In this document: one piece after another, positions 62,190-64,000 of the stretch
Layout: every line of letters starts with the position of its first letter
How positions within the stretch are numbered: the stretch's first letter is position 1
From: Takakia lepidozioides
Lineage: Eukaryota > Plantae > Bryophyta
DNA: 64,000 bases
Direction of reading: 5' to 3'
NCBI GenBank assembly: GCA_030704615.1
Contig: CM060733.1
Span: forward strand, 35,278,001-35,342,000
The notes under the pieces: model-generated
Database searches by the model: none
What the model was told of the DNA's origin: nothing
What the model saw: the letters and a program-made list of their open reading frames with translations, nothing else
Program-made: the position numbers and the translations under genes

Positions 62190-63949
62190 GGAAATTACTA
62201 CTACAACTGAAGCTGTGGAGGCCGGGACGCTTGCAACCATTATTGACGACATTGATGCAGGGAATTGGGGGGCAGATGAGTATGAAGAGGATACAACATC
62301 TAGTGATCCTCTTTCTCTAGATGCCAAACAGGCAATTATTCTGGAAAAGAAACAAGATCTGAATGTAACTTTCAGGTCCCTCCTCATTGAGGATGGAGTT
62401 ATGGACATTCCATTGTGTCGCATGATTTCTATGCAGGTTGTTAGGCCCGCCCTTGCCAACGACATCCTAAAGCTTAGAGGAGACTTCTATTCTGGATACC
62501 ATCCAGGAGCAGCCGTGTTCTATGTTTCTGTTGAGGGGATTGATGGATCTACTATAGATGTAGGTCCTGATATCATCTCTACATGGGATAGTCATTGGAA
62601 AACAGTCAATGATGAGTTTGAGAAGTATCTTGAGTCCAAGCCAAAGTTGCATCATCTTCGGGGGAAGATGTTTCATGTCTGGGATGGGAATCATAGGCTT
62701 CAAGCATGGTATCCCTATATCAATGAAGTTCATGGGGCCAACTTGTCAAGACATGTCTGTGTGACAAGTTGGGTGCTCAATGCGGACATTGAAAATCGTG
62801 GTTCCCTCAGGTCCATCATGGATGGAGTGAATGTGTGAGTTTCCTTTCTATTCTTCATTTACTTTCATGTTCAATGTTGTCATGTTCTTGCTCAATGGAT
62901 GTACATATACACATCTTCTTTCTAATGATCATATTTTATATGTGCAGGGCAACAGAGAGGGCACATGTTACATCCAAATTTGTGCACTTGGTTTGCAAGG
63001 TCAATATGATTGGCCTTACACCTGTCTCTGAATGGAAGAATGTATTGAGGAAAGAGCAATACGACGAATGCAGGAAAGACTTGGTATAACCTGACAGTCC
63101 ATGCAATGACAGAGATTTTGTACAAGGTAACATCATGTCTTAACCAAGTTTCATTCTTTGCATCCATAGACAAGATTCACCTCTGGTTCATGTTATGAAC
63201 TGTTTTGGTTCTTTTGGCAGCATGATATTGTTGAGGCCCAACGCATGGCGGGGGAAGCTTACAAACTTGCTGAGGGGCCAAAGAGTCAAGAGGGCCTTGA
63301 AGATACAATGAGACAGGCTGGATTGAAAGCAAGGGAGCAACACAAGAGTCAGCTTGTGAAGTTGCTTCCTATTGCTGATCCAACCCTTGGAGAGGGGTTT
63401 CTCCAAGAACTTAAACTGCATTGGTCACGTGTAAAGGCAGGATCAGAGGAAATGACCCAAGAGAAAATGGTGAACATTGCTACCGCCCGGGTGGATCCTG
63501 AAGAAAAGGTGGAATGGCTACATATATGGAATGGAGACCAAACACTTCACGACCATAATTTTTTTCCACCCGGGCCTATCAGTGGGCCAACACTTGATCC
63601 TTGGCTGAATAGAAGGACTTTTTGGTGGCAGGTACATATACAATCACTATCTTCTCAATGCAATTAATTCATTTTGTTGATGACACATTAACATAGTTAT
63701 TTAACTGACTGTATTTTCTGGCAGCTCCGCAAGGTTGCCTTGGCTCAGTTTGCCTTGTACACCACTCAGCTTGGCCAATTTCATGTTGCCTTGGAGGAAG
63801 GAGAGAGTGAGAGTCTGGGAGACTACATGGACACATGGAAGATGACTCATTTCAATGAGTTGTTTCATAGAGAGTTCTCATTGCCAAAGGGGCCATTCAG
63901 AGGCAATGATTGGGAACAACAAACAGGTGGTGAGACGGATTTTATTCAG
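62190..63949 (+). CDS. Multi-exon gene with ParB/Sulfiredoxin-like N-terminal domain (continues beyond window)
   Basis: IPLCRMISMQVVRPALANDILKLRGDFYSGYHPGAAVFYV...FHVWDGNHRLQAW matches the ParB/Srx pattern (R...L...G...V...DGxHR). GT-AG exon boundaries near 62834/62949, 63221-63631 and 63726-63949. Confidence 0.75.
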
Positions 63950-64000
63950 GTACCATCTTTCCATTGCATTGTACATGGATAGTGTATACACCTTGTAAGT

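Noticed and set aside
51630-64000. Bacterial or phage contamination as the source of the MTase and ParB genes
   Set aside because: Both genes have spliceosomal GT-AG introns and are embedded among plant TEs.

Overview
AT-moderate eukaryotic genomic DNA, most likely from a non-seed land plant (bryophyte-like, inferred from intron style, the host gene and the TE families). It is mostly nested, decayed transposable elements: a Helitron2-type Rep fragment, several Ty1/Copia pieces (one full-length with LTRs, PBS, PPT and TSD), Russian-doll hAT MITEs with 8-bp TSDs, two hAT transposase remnants, LINE fragments and a solo LTR. One clear host gene is present, an 8-exon LON substrate-binding-domain protein (29422-33925, minus). 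Two features stand out. (1) A Ty3/Gypsy element (about 37.9-48.4 kb, minus) whose pol carries a DNMT3-like C5 cytosine methyltransferase between protease and RT, plus a PHD finger after integrase. (2) A cluster at 48.5-64 kb of Mutator-like (DDE + SWIM) transposase genes set head-to-head with prokaryote-type cargo genes: an intron-containing beta-class N4C/N6A DNA methyltransferase-like gene and an intron-containing ParB/Srx-like gene. Each pair is separated by a repeat array built on a GC palindromic octamer (CGGCGCCG in one, CGCCGGCG in the other). All domain calls come from motif recognition by eye; no database searches were run.
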